Source: a virus
DNA length: 36,881 nt
Strand: one strand, 5' to 3'
Virus genome (UHGV): UHGV-0123951
The notes under the pieces were generated by a model. That model was not told where the DNA came from. It ran no database searches and saw only the letters and a program-made list of their open reading frames with translations. A program made the translations under genes and the position numbers. This document shows, in pieces, positions 17,512-27,599 of the stretch (within the stretch, counting starts at the first letter, position 1; every line of letters starts with the position of its first letter).

Positions 17512-17861
17512 TGCCTGCGTTAATACCGAGAGCATGCCGCAAGCGTGGCTGCCCTGGCACAACCACTGACCGCTCAGGCTATTGTCCCAAGCACCTTAAC
17601 GAAGGCTGGCAGCAGCATCAGCGAGGACAGAGCAGGCATCAGCGAGGTTATGGCAGCAAGTGGGACAGGCTGCGCCCAATCGTTCTCGACAGAGATAAAC
17701 ACCTTTGTCAGGAATGCCTGCGAAATGGAAGGTATACACCCGCTGAGACGGTGGACCACATCACCGCCAAAGCAAATGGGGGGACCGATGACCTGTCCAA
17801 CCTCGAAAGCCTCTGCAAGCCCTGCCACAGGGCAAAGACAGCGGTCGATAGGCTCAAATGA
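17511..17861 (+). CDS. HNH endonuclease (terminase-associated)
   Basis: Cys/His HNH pattern (CQECLRNG ... HITAKANGG ... NLESLCKPCH); GGAGG RBS; directly upstream of terminase genes. Confidence 0.8.
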   Translation: MPALIPRACRKRGCPGTTTDRSGYCPKHLNEGWQQHQRGQSRHQRGYGSKWDRLRPIVLDRDKHLCQECLRNGRYTPAETVDHITAKANGGTDDLSNLESLCKPCHRAKTAVDRLK

Positions 17862-18018
17862 TATAAATTCTCACTTGCAACGACAGAGGGGGAGGGCGGG
17901 TTGAAAGTTCAGGAACGACGCGCCAAAGGACCGCCGCCTAACCTCTTTTCACATCGCCGCAGGTTAGAAAACTTTTTTATGGGGTCCCCCATTCGATGAT
18001 TAATAGGAGTTTTCGATT
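17862..18018. other. candidate cos / packaging-site region
   Basis: Non-coding gap between HNH and small terminase with G-rich tract GAGGGGGAGGGCGGG and near-palindrome GGGGTCCCCC. Confidence 0.3.
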
Positions 18019-18516
18019 ATGTCTGGACCACCGAAAACCCCGACACATCTACGTTTGGTGAGGGGTAACCCATCAAAACGACCGATCAATGAAAACGAAC
18101 CAAAGCCTGCTGCTGGGGTACCCCCAACACCGAAGCATTTCGACAAGCAGGGGAAATACTGGTTCAAGCGTATGGCCGAAGAGCTCGATGCGCTTGGCGT
18201 CATGTCGCAGCTGGACGCGAGAGCACTTGAGCTTCTGGTTGAGGTATACACCGAGTACCGGCATCACTGCGATACGCTGGAGAGAGAAGGCTACACCTAC
18301 GCCGTATATAGCGACGAAGATCCAGACGAAGGCAAAGAGCGAGAAATACGCATGATCAAGGCTCACCCGGCCGCCATCATGAAAGCTGACGCCTGGAAAC
18401 GTCTTCGCGCCATGCTCGGTGAGTTTGGCATGACGCCAGCCAGCCGCTCTAAGGTGAATGCAAAAGGTCCTGACGTGGTTGACCCGCTGACCGAGTTTAT
18501 GAAAGCGAGGGATTAA
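18019..18516 (+). CDS. terminase small subunit
   Basis: Position and size; AGGAG RBS; start of next gene overlaps stop. Confidence 0.75.
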   Translation: MSGPPKTPTHLRLVRGNPSKRPINENEPKPAAGVPPTPKHFDKQGKYWFKRMAEELDALGVMSQLDARALELLVEVYTEYRHHCDTLEREGYTYAVYSDEDPDEGKEREIRMIKAHPAAIMKADAWKRLRAMLGEFGMTPASRSKVNAKGPDVVDPLTEFMKARD

Positions 18517-20252
18517 TGGCTAAGGTTGCAGAAGGCATCCGCTACGCCGAGAGGGTAGTGGCGGGGGAAATTATTGCCTGTGAGTATGTGCGCCTTGCCT
18601 GTCAGCGTTTTCTTGACGATCTGGCACATGGCGAAGAGCGTGGAATTTTCTTCAGTGAGCCGCGCGCGCAGCACATTCTGAATTTCTATAATTTTGTGCC
18701 TCACGTAAAAGGCGCGCTGGCAGGCCAGCCTATTGAGCTGATGGACTGGCATGTTTTCATACTGATTAATATTTTTGGTTTTGTTATCCCGCTGGTTAAT
18801 GAGGAAACAGGAGAAACCGTCCTGCGTAATGACGGCAGCGGTCGTCCAGTAATGGTTCGCCGCTTCCGTACAGCTGATGTTGAGGTGGCCCGTAAAAATG
18901 CCAAATCAACACTGTGCTCTGGCGTGGGGTTGTATATGGCTGGTGCCGACGGCGAGGGCGGGGCGGAGGTTTATTCCGCTGCAACCACCCGTGACCAGGC
19001 GCGAATTGTTTTTGAAGACGCGAAGAATATGGTCAAGAAGGCAAAAGCCACTCTTGGGCGGATCTTCGAATTCAACAAGCTCGCTATCTACCAGGAGCAA
19101 ACGGCCTCCAAGTTTGAGCCATTATCATCAGATGCGAACAACCTCGACGGCCTGAACATTCACTGCGCCATCGTTGACGAGCTGCATGCTCACAAAACCC
19201 GCGACGTATGGGACGTTCTGGAGACGGCAACCGGCGCGCGTCTGCAATCTCTGCTTTTTGGTATCACCACCGCTGGCTTCAACAAAGAAGGCATCTGCTA
19301 CGAACTTCGTGATTACGCCATCAAGGTGCTGCGCGGACTGGTAAAAGACGATACGTTTTTTGCCATCATCTACACCTTAGACGAAGGTGACGATCCCTTT
19401 GATGAAAAAGTCTGGCAGAAGGCGAATCCGGGGCTGGGTATCTGTAAGCGCTGGGATGACCTGCGCCGTCTGGCTAAAAAGGCGAAAGAGCAGGTTTCCG
19501 CCAGGATTAACTTTTTCACCAAGCACATGAATATCTGGGTTACCGCTGAGTCTGCCTGGATGGACATGATGAAATGGGAAAAATGCGAGTTTATCGCCCC
19601 GCAGCACGAGCTTAAAACCTATCCCTCTTGGGTAGGCGTTGACCTTTCAAACAAAATTGATATCTGTGCGGCCGCTAAAGTCTGGCGCGCTCCGGATGGT
19701 CATGTCCATGCAGATTTTAAATTCTGGCTGCCGGAGGGACGCCTTGAGAAATGTTCACGCCAGATGGCAGAGCTCTATCGTAAGTGGGCCGGGATGGACA
19801 AGCTGATCCTTACAGACGGGGATGTAATCGACCATGCTCAGATTAAGGAAGAGCTGCAGGTGTGGATTGCTGGCGAGAGTCTGAAAGAAATTGGCTTCGA
19901 TCCCTGGAGTGCTACGCAGTTCAGCCTTGCGCTGGCAGAAGAAGGGTTGCCACTGGTGGAGGTGCCGCAGACGGTTCGCAATTTCTCTGAGGCGATGAAA
20001 GAGGTCGAAGCACTGGTATATGGTGGCCGCTTCCATCACAGCGATCACCCGGTAATGAACTGGATGATGTCCAACGTAACCGTCAAACCTGACCGGAACG
20101 AGAACATTTTCCCGAACAAGTCCACACCAGAGGCCAAGATTGATGGCCCAGCGGCATTGTTCACAGCAATGAGCCGCGTTCTGGTTAACGGTGGCAACGA
20201 CCAGCAGGATCTTTCCGGATTCTTCAATAATCCCATCATGGTAGGTTTCTGA
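18516..20252 (+). CDS. terminase large subunit
   Basis: 578-aa ORF after small terminase with typical ATPase/nuclease layout. Confidence 0.85.
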   Translation: MAKVAEGIRYAERVVAGEIIACEYVRLACQRFLDDLAHGEERGIFFSEPRAQHILNFYNFVPHVKGALAGQPIELMDWHVFILINIFGFVIPLVNEETGETVLRNDGSGRPVMVRRFRTADVEVARKNAKSTLCSGVGLYMAGADGEGGAEVYSAATTRDQARIVFEDAKNMVKKAKATLGRIFEFNKLAIYQEQTASKFEPLSSDANNLDGLNIHCAIVDELHAHKTRDVWDVLETATGARLQSLLFGITTAGFNKEGICYELRDYAIKVLRGLVKDDTFFAIIYTLDEGDDPFDEKVWQKANPGLGICKRWDDLRRLAKKAKEQVSARINFFTKHMNIWVTAESAWMDMMKWEKCEFIAPQHELKTYPSWVGVDLSNKIDICAAAKVWRAPDGHVHADFKFWLPEGRLEKCSRQMAELYRKWAGMDKLILTDGDVIDHAQIKEELQVWIAGESLKEIGFDPWSATQFSLALAEEGLPLVEVPQTVRNFSEAMKEVEALVYGGRFHHSDHPVMNWMMSNVTVKPDRNENIFPNKSTPEAKIDGPAALFTAMSRVLVNGGNDQQDLSGFFNNPIMVGF

Positions 20253-21556
20253 TGAAAAAAAACAAACAGCCAGGCAGGGTGAAAAGCGCTCTGCTTAACT
20301 GGCTCGGTGTGCCTATCAGCCTCACTACCGGCACGTTCTGGGAGGAATGGTTTGGTACCAGCAGCAGCGGAAAGGTGGTAACGGCCGATAAAGCCATCCA
20401 ACTATCGGCTGTGTGGGCATGCGTAAGGCTGTTAAGCGAGTCTATTTCAACCCTTCCGCTGAAAATATACATTCGACAGCCTGACGGTTCACGAAAAGCA
20501 GCAACCGATCACCCGGCCTATTCGATACTGTGCCGCCGTCCCAATTCAGAAATGACGCCATCACGCTTTATGTTGATGGTGGTCGCCAGTATCTGCCTAC
20601 GCGGGAACGCCTTCATTGAGAAGAAATTCATCGCAAATCGCCTGGTTTCGCTGGTACCTTTGCTGCCGCAGAACATGGTGGTTAAACGTCTCACTTCCGG
20701 GGCGCTGGAATACAAATACACTGAAAACGGTAGCGAGCGCGTCATTTCCGTCAAAAACATCATGCACATTCGCGGGTTCGGTCTGGACGGTGTTTGCGGC
20801 ATGATGCCGATGAAAACCGGACGGGATGTGATCGGTTCAGCAATGGCGGTTGAGGAGTCTGCTGCGAAGATATTTGAACAGGGGCTTCAGAGTTCAGGTT
20901 TTCTCTCCGCTGATAATGCGCTGAGTGACGAACAACGTGAAAGACTTCGGAGCTACATGGCTGCATTTACCGGTTCAAAAAACGCCGGGAAAATCATGGT
21001 ACTTGAAGGCGGATTGAAGTATCAGGGCGTTACCATGAATCCGGAAGATGCTCAGATGCTCGAAAGCCGCGCATTTAGCATTGAGGAGATCTGCCGCTGG
21101 TTTCGTGTACCTCCTTTCATGGTTGGCCACACCACGAAACAAAGCAGCTGGGCATCCAGCCTTGAGGGTATGAACCTGCAGTTCCTGACTCATACTCTTC
21201 GACCGCTGCTGGTGAATATTGAGCAGGAAATTGGCCGGTGCTTACTCGACAGCGATGACGAAGTGTTTGCAGAATTCTCTGTTGAAGGTCTACTGCGAGC
21301 AGATAGTGCCGGTCGCGCGGCATACTATACCAGCGCGCTTCAGAATGGCTGGATGTCCCGTAATGACGTTCGTCGTCTTGAGAACATGCCGCCAATTGAA
21401 GGGGGCGATATTTACACCGTTCAGCTCAACCTGACGCAACTGAAAAATCTCGAAAGCAGCAACCCTGCTGTTCAGGCGCTGGCCCTGCGAGAGCTGCATA
21501 ACCACGTATTCCCCGATATTTCCTTTGAACAATCTCCGCTGAAACAGGCCGCTTAG
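20252..21556 (+). CDS. portal protein (HK97-type)
   Basis: 434-aa ORF coupled to the large terminase stop; conserved head-gene order. Confidence 0.85.
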   Translation: MKKNKQPGRVKSALLNWLGVPISLTTGTFWEEWFGTSSSGKVVTADKAIQLSAVWACVRLLSESISTLPLKIYIRQPDGSRKAATDHPAYSILCRRPNSEMTPSRFMLMVVASICLRGNAFIEKKFIANRLVSLVPLLPQNMVVKRLTSGALEYKYTENGSERVISVKNIMHIRGFGLDGVCGMMPMKTGRDVIGSAMAVEESAAKIFEQGLQSSGFLSADNALSDEQRERLRSYMAAFTGSKNAGKIMVLEGGLKYQGVTMNPEDAQMLESRAFSIEEICRWFRVPPFMVGHTTKQSSWASSLEGMNLQFLTHTLRPLLVNIEQEIGRCLLDSDDEVFAEFSVEGLLRADSAGRAAYYTSALQNGWMSRNDVRRLENMPPIEGGDIYTVQLNLTQLKNLESSNPAVQALALRELHNHVFPDISFEQSPLKQAA

Positions 21557-21569
21557 GAGCACTTTCCTG

Positions 21570-22418
21570 ATGAGCAAAAAACAACTTCCGGTAGCACCGG
21601 CGGGTCGCCCCTGCGCGCGCGTTACCTGTGAAACATTACCGTCTGCACTGGACCGCTGGGACGGCGGGATCAAAGCGGCGGCCACCGACGATAACAGCAT
21701 TTCTGTTTTTGATGTTATCGGACAGGACTATTGGGGCGAAGGGGTAACAGCTAAACGTATTGCCGGTGCACTTCGGGCGATGAATGGCGCCGACGTTACG
21801 GTGAATATCAACTCCCCGGGCGGCGACATGTTCGAAGGTCTGGCTATTTATAACCTTCTCCGCGAATACGAAGGCCGTGTAACTGTGAAGGTGCTGGGCA
21901 TTGCCGCCAGTGCCGCCTCGATAATTGCGATGGCCGGGGATGATATTCAGATTGGCCGCGGTGCCTTTCTGATGATCCACAACTGCTGGGTATACGCGAT
22001 GGGAAACCGCCATGACTTTGCTGAACTGGCACAGTCACTGGAGCCCTTCGATACCGCAATGGCTGATATCTACGCGGCGCGCTCCGGCCTTGATATTGCC
22101 GCCGTTCAGAAACTGATGGACGCCGAAAGTTATATCGGTGGCAGTGATGCTGTGGCGAAGGGACTGGCAGACAGCCTGCTTTCTGCTGATGCTGTCAGCG
22201 ACGGCGACGAATCGCCTGCAGCCGCGCTTCGCAAACTTGATGCATTGCTGGCCAAGACCAACACCCCGCGCTCTGAGCGCCGAAAACTCATTAAAGCCTT
22301 ATCCGGTGGCATGCCTGGCGCTGTCACCACCAACGACGGTACGCCGGGCGCTGCCGAAGATATCAAACCTGAAACTATCAATTCACTTGAAAGCGCCCTG
22401 GCGGCGTTAGTCAAATAA
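21570..22418 (+). CDS. prohead maturation protease (ClpP-like)
   Basis: ClpP-like segment VNINSPGGDMFEGLAIYN ... AASAASIIAMAG. Confidence 0.8.
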   Translation: MSKKQLPVAPAGRPCARVTCETLPSALDRWDGGIKAAATDDNSISVFDVIGQDYWGEGVTAKRIAGALRAMNGADVTVNINSPGGDMFEGLAIYNLLREYEGRVTVKVLGIAASAASIIAMAGDDIQIGRGAFLMIHNCWVYAMGNRHDFAELAQSLEPFDTAMADIYAARSGLDIAAVQKLMDAESYIGGSDAVAKGLADSLLSADAVSDGDESPAAALRKLDALLAKTNTPRSERRKLIKALSGGMPGAVTTNDGTPGAAEDIKPETINSLESALAALVK

Positions 22419-22427
22419 GGACCATTT

Positions 22428-23639
22428 ATGTCTGAAGTAAACGATATTCTGAAAAAAGTCACGGCCAGCATTGAAGAGGCAACCGGCAAGTTCAACGCGA
22501 AAGCAGAAGAAGCAGTGAAGGAGGCGCAGAAGTCAGGCAAGTTGTCAGAAGAAACAAAGGCAGCCGTCGATAAAATGGCTTCTGAGTTCAACGCCCTGCG
22601 CGAAGCAGAAAAAACGCTGAAGGCAGCGATGGGCGAACTGGAGCAACATGTCGCCCAGATGCCGCTGGCAAACGCGAAGCATGTTGTGGAATCAATCGGT
22701 CAGCAGGTCATCTCTGCTGAAGCTCTGAAAACCTTTGCCTCCGGCGTGGAAGGTGGCAAACGTATCAGTATCCCGGTTAAGGCCGCACTGACTTCTGCGG
22801 ATGTGCCTGATGGCGTCGTCGAACCCCAGCGAATTCCGGGCATTGATACAGCACCGAAACAGCGCCTGTTCATCCGCGATCTGATTGCGCCTGGCCGCAC
22901 TTCCTCCCCGGCTATTTTCTGGGTGCAACAGACAGGCTTTACCAACAAAGCGAAGGTGGTTCCTGAAAATACTCAGAAACCATACAGCGATATTGAGTTT
23001 ACGCCAAAAATCACGGGCGTCAGCACCATCGCTCACCTGTTCAAAGCCTCAAAGCAGATCCTGGATGACTTCGCACAGCTGCAGTCAACCGTTGATGCCG
23101 AAATGCGCTACGGACTGAAGTACGCGGAAGAGCAGGAAATTCTCTTCGGTGACGGTACCGGTGTACATCTGCATGGCATTGTTCCTCAGGCGTCAGCGTT
23201 TAACCCGGCGTTTACTGTTGAACAGCAGAGCAGTATTGACGATCTGCGTCTGGCAATGCTGCAGGCGCAACTGGCGCGCTTCCCTGCATCCGGTCACGTT
23301 CTTCACTTCATCGACTGGGCGCGGATCGAACTGACAAAAGACAGCCTGGGCCGCTACATCCTGGCTAACCCTGCAGCGCTGACTGGGCCGACGCTGTGGG
23401 GCCTGCCGGTTGTTGCCACTGAAGCGGCAGCCTTCCAGGGTAAATTTTTGACTGGTGCTTTCAACGCTGGCGCGCAAATCTTCGACCGCGAAGATGCGAA
23501 TGTCGTTATCTCCACGGAGAACGCCGACGATTTCGAGAAAAACATGATCACCATCCGTTGCGAGGAACGTCTGGCGCTGGCCGTCAAACGCCCTGAAGCG
23601 TTCGTGTATGGCTCCTTCAGCACCGGCGCAGGTAGCTGA
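22428..23639 (+). CDS. major capsid protein (HK97 fold)
   Basis: 403-aa ORF after the protease; followed by an intrinsic terminator. Confidence 0.85.
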   Translation: MSEVNDILKKVTASIEEATGKFNAKAEEAVKEAQKSGKLSEETKAAVDKMASEFNALREAEKTLKAAMGELEQHVAQMPLANAKHVVESIGQQVISAEALKTFASGVEGGKRISIPVKAALTSADVPDGVVEPQRIPGIDTAPKQRLFIRDLIAPGRTSSPAIFWVQQTGFTNKAKVVPENTQKPYSDIEFTPKITGVSTIAHLFKASKQILDDFAQLQSTVDAEMRYGLKYAEEQEILFGDGTGVHLHGIVPQASAFNPAFTVEQQSSIDDLRLAMLQAQLARFPASGHVLHFIDWARIELTKDSLGRYILANPAALTGPTLWGLPVVATEAAAFQGKFLTGAFNAGAQIFDREDANVVISTENADDFEKNMITIRCEERLALAVKRPEAFVYGSFSTGAGS

Positions 23640-23647
23640 TAAACACT

Positions 23648-23670
23648 GCGGCCTGCGGGCCGCTTTTTTT
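23648..23670 (+). terminator. intrinsic terminator after the major capsid gene
   Basis: GCGGCC-tgcg-GGCCGC hairpin then T7. Confidence 0.65.
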
Positions 23671-23681
23671 AGGTCAGAAAA

Positions 23682-24008
23682 ATGCTTGATCAAAATGTGG
23701 TGAAACAGCACTGCCGCATTGATACCGACTTTACCGGTGATGATGCCTTGTTGACTTTATACACTGGCGCGGCGGCGCGTTACGTTCAGACATGGACGCG
23801 GCGAACGCTCTATGAAAAAGAAGACAGCCCTGGTTACGTAGACGACCCTGCCCCGATTCTACTGAATGATGATGTTAAAGCGGCCATGTTACTGCTGATA
23901 GGTCACTGGTATGCCAACAGAGAATCAGTGGTCGTTGGTCAGACCGTTGCAGAGGTTCCGTTTGCAGTTGAAGCCTTGCTGCAGCCATACCGAATTTACG
24001 GGGTGTAA
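23682..24008 (+). CDS. head-tail connector protein (gp6-like)
   Basis: Size and position after capsid gene. Confidence 0.65.
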   Translation: MLDQNVVKQHCRIDTDFTGDDALLTLYTGAAARYVQTWTRRTLYEKEDSPGYVDDPAPILLNDDVKAAMLLLIGHWYANRESVVVGQTVAEVPFAVEALLQPYRIYGV

Positions 24009-24071
24009 ATATGGCCTGTTCCGGGTGCGCGCAGAGGCGCGAATGGATAAAAAAGTGGGCGAAAATAGCTT

Positions 24072-24284
24072 ATGAACGAGCAACTGGTAAAGGAACTAAT
24101 AGCGGCGCTGCGGGAACAAACCGCAGCTCAGAGAGAACAGACGGAAGCGATAAGCCGCCTGGCTGAATCAAACGCAGCTCTGTGTGATGTCATTATCCAG
24201 TCACTGGCCGAAGATGAAGAAATTGATACTACTTCATTAGGTGATGAGCGACCCGTTTACTTGAGTCAAAAACCCAGGGGGTGA
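24072..24284 (+). CDS. hypothetical protein (70 aa)
   Basis: Track ORF; weak RBS. Confidence 0.4.
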   Translation: MNEQLVKELIAALREQTAAQREQTEAISRLAESNAALCDVIIQSLAEDEEIDTTSLGDERPVYLSQKPRG

Positions 24285-24285
24285 T

Positions 24286-24618
24286 ATGCAAGCCGGGAAA
24301 TTGCGTCACAGGGTTACCCTGCAGGCGCCGGTAAAAGAACAGAACCCTACAACGGGAGCCGTAATTAATACCTGGCGCGATGTCGCAACTATCTGGGCCG
24401 AAATATCCCCCTTATCAGCACGGGAGTTTATAGCGGCCCAGGCATCACAGGGCGAAATAACAACGCGCATAACAATTCGTTACCGTGCAGGTATTACCCG
24501 AAAGCACCGTATTCTCTTTCGTGGCTCAGTATACAACATTGAGGGCGTGCTCCCGGATCCGAAAAGTGGTCGTGAATATCTGACGCTTCCTTGTTCTGAG
24601 GGGGTAAACGATGGCTGA
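24286..24618 (+). CDS. head closure / head-tail adaptor protein
   Basis: Size and position; GGGGGTGA RBS. Confidence 0.65.
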   Translation: MQAGKLRHRVTLQAPVKEQNPTTGAVINTWRDVATIWAEISPLSAREFIAAQASQGEITTRITIRYRAGITRKHRILFRGSVYNIEGVLPDPKSGREYLTLPCSEGVNDG

Positions 24619-25150
24619 TAGTGTTGAAGTAAACCTTACAGGCCTCGAATCACTGCTTGGAAAAATGGAGGCTGTTTCCGACGTTACCCGAAATAAAGCC
24701 GGGCGTTCTGCGCTGCGTAAGGCTGCGAATATAATCAGGGATCGCGCCAGAAGTAACGCAGCCAGAGTTGATGATCCCCTCACCAAAGAGGCGATATATA
24801 AAAATATTGTCGCCAGCTTCAGCAGCAAACAATTCCGCAGGACGGGTGATCTGGCATTTCGTGTTGGGGTAATGGGCGGCGCCAGTCAGTATGCAAACAC
24901 AAAGGCTAACGTCAGGAAAGGCAGGGCTGGGAAAACGTTCAAAACACCGGGCGATAAAAGCAATCCTGGCGGCGATACCTGGTACTGGCGTTTTCTCGAA
25001 TTTGGAACCGAACATGCCGCCGCAAAGCCTGTACTGCGACCAGCGATGAATGGTGTTGATACCGCAGTAATCAGCGTTTTCGCTGAAGAAATGGAAAAAG
25101 CTATCGATCGCGCAGTTAGGCGTGCCGACAAAAAAGGAACGACAGCATGA
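24611..25150 (+). CDS. HK97 gp10-like tail-component protein
   Basis: Size and position in the head-tail joining module. Confidence 0.65.
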   Translation: MADSVEVNLTGLESLLGKMEAVSDVTRNKAGRSALRKAANIIRDRARSNAARVDDPLTKEAIYKNIVASFSSKQFRRTGDLAFRVGVMGGASQYANTKANVRKGRAGKTFKTPGDKSNPGGDTWYWRFLEFGTEHAAAKPVLRPAMNGVDTAVISVFAEEMEKAIDRAVRRADKKGTTA

Positions 25151-25512
25151 TTGCTCCAGTTTTTTCCGTCTGTTCGACAGACCCGAAAGTAAAAGAGCTA
25201 CTTGGTGCCAACCCGGTCAGGCTTTATCCGTTTGGCATGCATGATGATGACCTTGTGTATCCCTACGCGGTCTGGCAGAACGTGGGCGGTGAACCTGAAA
25301 ATTACCTGAGTCAGAACCCTGACATCGACCGTTATTCCATTCAGGTGGATGTGTATGGCGACACCGATGAAGATGCTCTTGCTGTGGCGAGAGCATTGCG
25401 CGATGTCATTCAGCGTAAAGCTTACATTACCCGCTGGGATGCACAGGGCAGAGACTCTGCAACCCTCAAATACCGATATTCCTTTGACGTTGACTGGCTG
25501 GTCAACCGATAG
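25147..25512 (+). CDS. tail completion / terminator-like protein
   Basis: 121-aa ORF coupled to upstream stop, directly before the major tail gene. Confidence 0.55.
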   Translation: MIAPVFSVCSTDPKVKELLGANPVRLYPFGMHDDDLVYPYAVWQNVGGEPENYLSQNPDIDRYSIQVDVYGDTDEDALAVARALRDVIQRKAYITRWDAQGRDSATLKYRYSFDVDWLVNR

Positions 25513-25532
25513 CTTAAACCACTCACATCACA

Positions 25533-25554
25533 CCGGCTATAAGCCGGTTTTTTT
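25533..25554 (+). terminator. intrinsic terminator (attenuator) upstream of the major tail gene
   Basis: CCGGCT-ata-AGCCGG hairpin then T7. Confidence 0.5.
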
Positions 25555-25570
25555 ATATCCGGAGATGACT

Positions 25571-26062
25571 ATGTCAGTAGTGACTCAAGGCACTCAACTT
25601 TTTGTGCTCGCGAATGGTGTCGTGAGCGAAATCGAATGTATTACGGCATTTTCACCAGGCGGCAGCCCTGCAGATCAGATTGATGATACGTGCCTCAGTG
25701 AACGCAACACCCGAAAATATAAAAAGGGTCTGCGTACACCGGGGCAGGCGACGGCCACGCTTAACGCTGATCCACAGAATGCCAGCCATCTGATGCTCAG
25801 TAATATGGCTGAATCAAATGATCAGAGTGATGTGACATTTGCGATCGGATGGTCCGATGGCGAGTCTAAACCAACAACGGGGAGTTCCCCTGATGCTGTT
25901 GATGGACTGATTCTACCTTCAGATCGTACCTGGTACGTGTTCAAAGGTTATGTTTCCGACTTCCCGTTTGACTTCCAGGGTAATACCGTCGTGCAGACGT
26001 CTGCTACCATCCAGCGCTCTGGCCAGGGGGCATGGATTCCTAAAGAACAGCCAGGCAGTTAA
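25571..26062 (+). CDS. major tail (tube) protein
   Basis: Start moved to MSVVTQ (GGAG 6 nt upstream); the track start at 25349 overlaps the preceding gene. Confidence 0.65.
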   Translation: MSVVTQGTQLFVLANGVVSEIECITAFSPGGSPADQIDDTCLSERNTRKYKKGLRTPGQATATLNADPQNASHLMLSNMAESNDQSDVTFAIGWSDGESKPTTGSSPDAVDGLILPSDRTWYVFKGYVSDFPFDFQGNTVVQTSATIQRSGQGAWIPKEQPGS

Positions 26063-26114
26063 TTAAACGCGGGGATCATACCCCGCCTCATTGATGTTTA
26101 TACCGGAAAACTAC

Positions 26115-26495
26115 ATGAAACTGACTCTTGATACGCTGAAAAAAACAGGTGCTTTTACTGGTCGTCCTGTTGAGAAAGAAATTAAATGGAAAGGTGCTGA
26201 CGGGGAAGAACATATTGCCATAACTTATGTTCGCCCTCTGGGTTATCACACTGCCACGTCTGATGTTCTCGCCGGTCTTGGCAAGATTGATGGCGTTGCT
26301 GGTCGTATTGCAGCATCAATCTGTGATGAAGACGGGCATCAGGTGTTTACCGTTGCTGATGTGACCGGCGAGGCTGATCCGGAACGTGGCGCACTGGATG
26401 GCAATCTTACAGTGGCTTTGCTGGTGGCTATTCAGGAAGTTAACGATCTGGGAAAGACGGACTCAGCGCAGAAGACGAAATCTGGTGCGAACTAG
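26115..26495 (+). CDS. tail assembly chaperone (lambda G-like)
   Basis: Small acidic protein before the tape measure gene; contains the slippery heptamer near its 3' end. Confidence 0.65.
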   Translation: MKLTLDTLKKTGAFTGRPVEKEIKWKGADGEEHIAITYVRPLGYHTATSDVLAGLGKIDGVAGRIAASICDEDGHQVFTVADVTGEADPERGALDGNLTVALLVAIQEVNDLGKTDSAQKTKSGAN

Positions 26496-26782
26496 TCCTT
26501 AACGGGATTGGTGGACGTACCATTTCAGAAGCGCAGGAACGCCTTAGCTTTCTTGAGTTTCAGCAGTGGGTTCAGTATCGTCAAAAATACGGAAACCTGA
26601 ACCCTATGATGCGGACGGAATGGGGAGCAGCGTTGATTTCTTCTGTGCTGGCTAATGTTAATCGCGGTTCAAACACACCGGCATTCAGCATTACTGATTT
26701 CGCCCCTCACATAGCAGCGGTAGAGCGCGTCGCCGCTAACGAACCAATCAGCCTGCAGGAAGCGATGAGGACGTGGAATTGA
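26115..26782 (+). CDS. tail assembly chaperone -1 frameshift fusion product (G-T-like)
   Basis: G GGA AAG heptamer at 26450-26456 in the zero-frame register; the -1 frame is open from there to TGA 26780-26782 (110 codons, translated by hand). Confidence 0.55.
26450..26456 (+). promoter_or_regulatory. programmed -1 ribosomal frameshift slippery site GGGAAAG
   Basis: Identical to the lambda G/GT slippery heptamer, in the required register. Confidence 0.6.
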
Positions 26783-26844
26783 AAAGTAGAATTTATTAGA
26801 AACGCTTTCCTTGCTACCCTATCTAAAAACAAGGAGATCAAGGA

Positions 26845-27564
26845 ATGGCTTTAATTAAATGCAAAGAGTGTGGAGAACAGGTATCTGATAAGGCCGCATC
26901 ATGTCCAAAGTGCGGAGCTCCCATAGCAAAAAAAAACAAAGGCCCATCGGGATGTATGATGGTGTTTTTTATTTTTGTAGGGGTTCTTATCCTTCTTTTG
27001 TTTATTGGCAAAGTAAGCAATAAAAAAGAAGCACCTAGCCAAACAGTGGGTAGCACTCAGGTAAGCACTGATAAGTTGAAAAATGATGTCGTAAAAGAAG
27101 TAGAGGTAAAAAAAGAACCAGTTACAGTTATTAACTGGCATAACCAACCCACGAAAGATAGCGTTACTGGTGAGGTTGGGGAGATTTTTTATAATACATC
27201 GAAAAACCATGTTAATTTCCCATTCCCATACAACGTTGATGGTGGTTCTGTACTCAACTTGGTTTTCCGCAAAAGAAAACAAGGTACTGATGCCTATGTC
27301 GTGATATCTAAAGGTCAGATTGTATGTGGTTACTCAGATTGCTCAATAAGAACGAAGGGCGATAACGGAAAGGTAAAAATCTGGACTGCAAGTAGTGAGG
27401 CGTCTGGAAGATCAGATATGATTTTTCTTGATAACCCACAGTCTTTCGAAAAATATATCAAGAGCAATAAAAAAATCACTATTGGAGTGACATTTTATCA
27501 ATCTGGCGAACAGGGGTTCGATTTTGATGTTTCAGATTATCCAGAGCAAGCAAAGAAAAAATAA
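26845..27564 (+). CDS. zinc-ribbon, single-pass membrane protein (239 aa), AT-rich moron
   Basis: N-terminal CxxC-x12-CxxC, hydrophobic helix (MMVFFIFVGVLILLLFIG), ~180-aa Lys-rich C-terminal domain; AGGAGA RBS. Confidence 0.6.
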   Translation: MALIKCKECGEQVSDKAASCPKCGAPIAKKNKGPSGCMMVFFIFVGVLILLLFIGKVSNKKEAPSQTVGSTQVSTDKLKNDVVKEVEVKKEPVTVINWHNQPTKDSVTGEVGEIFYNTSKNHVNFPFPYNVDGGSVLNLVFRKRKQGTDAYVVISKGQIVCGYSDCSIRTKGDNGKVKIWTASSEASGRSDMIFLDNPQSFEKYIKSNKKITIGVTFYQSGEQGFDFDVSDYPEQAKKK

Positions 27565-27599
27565 AAGTAATATTTACACTATTTAATAAGCATTAAAAT

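Noticed and set aside
23193-23711. Minus-strand 172-aa track ORF across the capsid gene 3' end
   Set aside because: Antisense shadow of the major capsid gene and spans its terminator
25349-25570. Upstream extension of the major tail ORF from the track start at 25349
   Set aside because: Overlaps the preceding tail gene and an intrinsic terminator; the ATG at 25571 has a GGAG RBS
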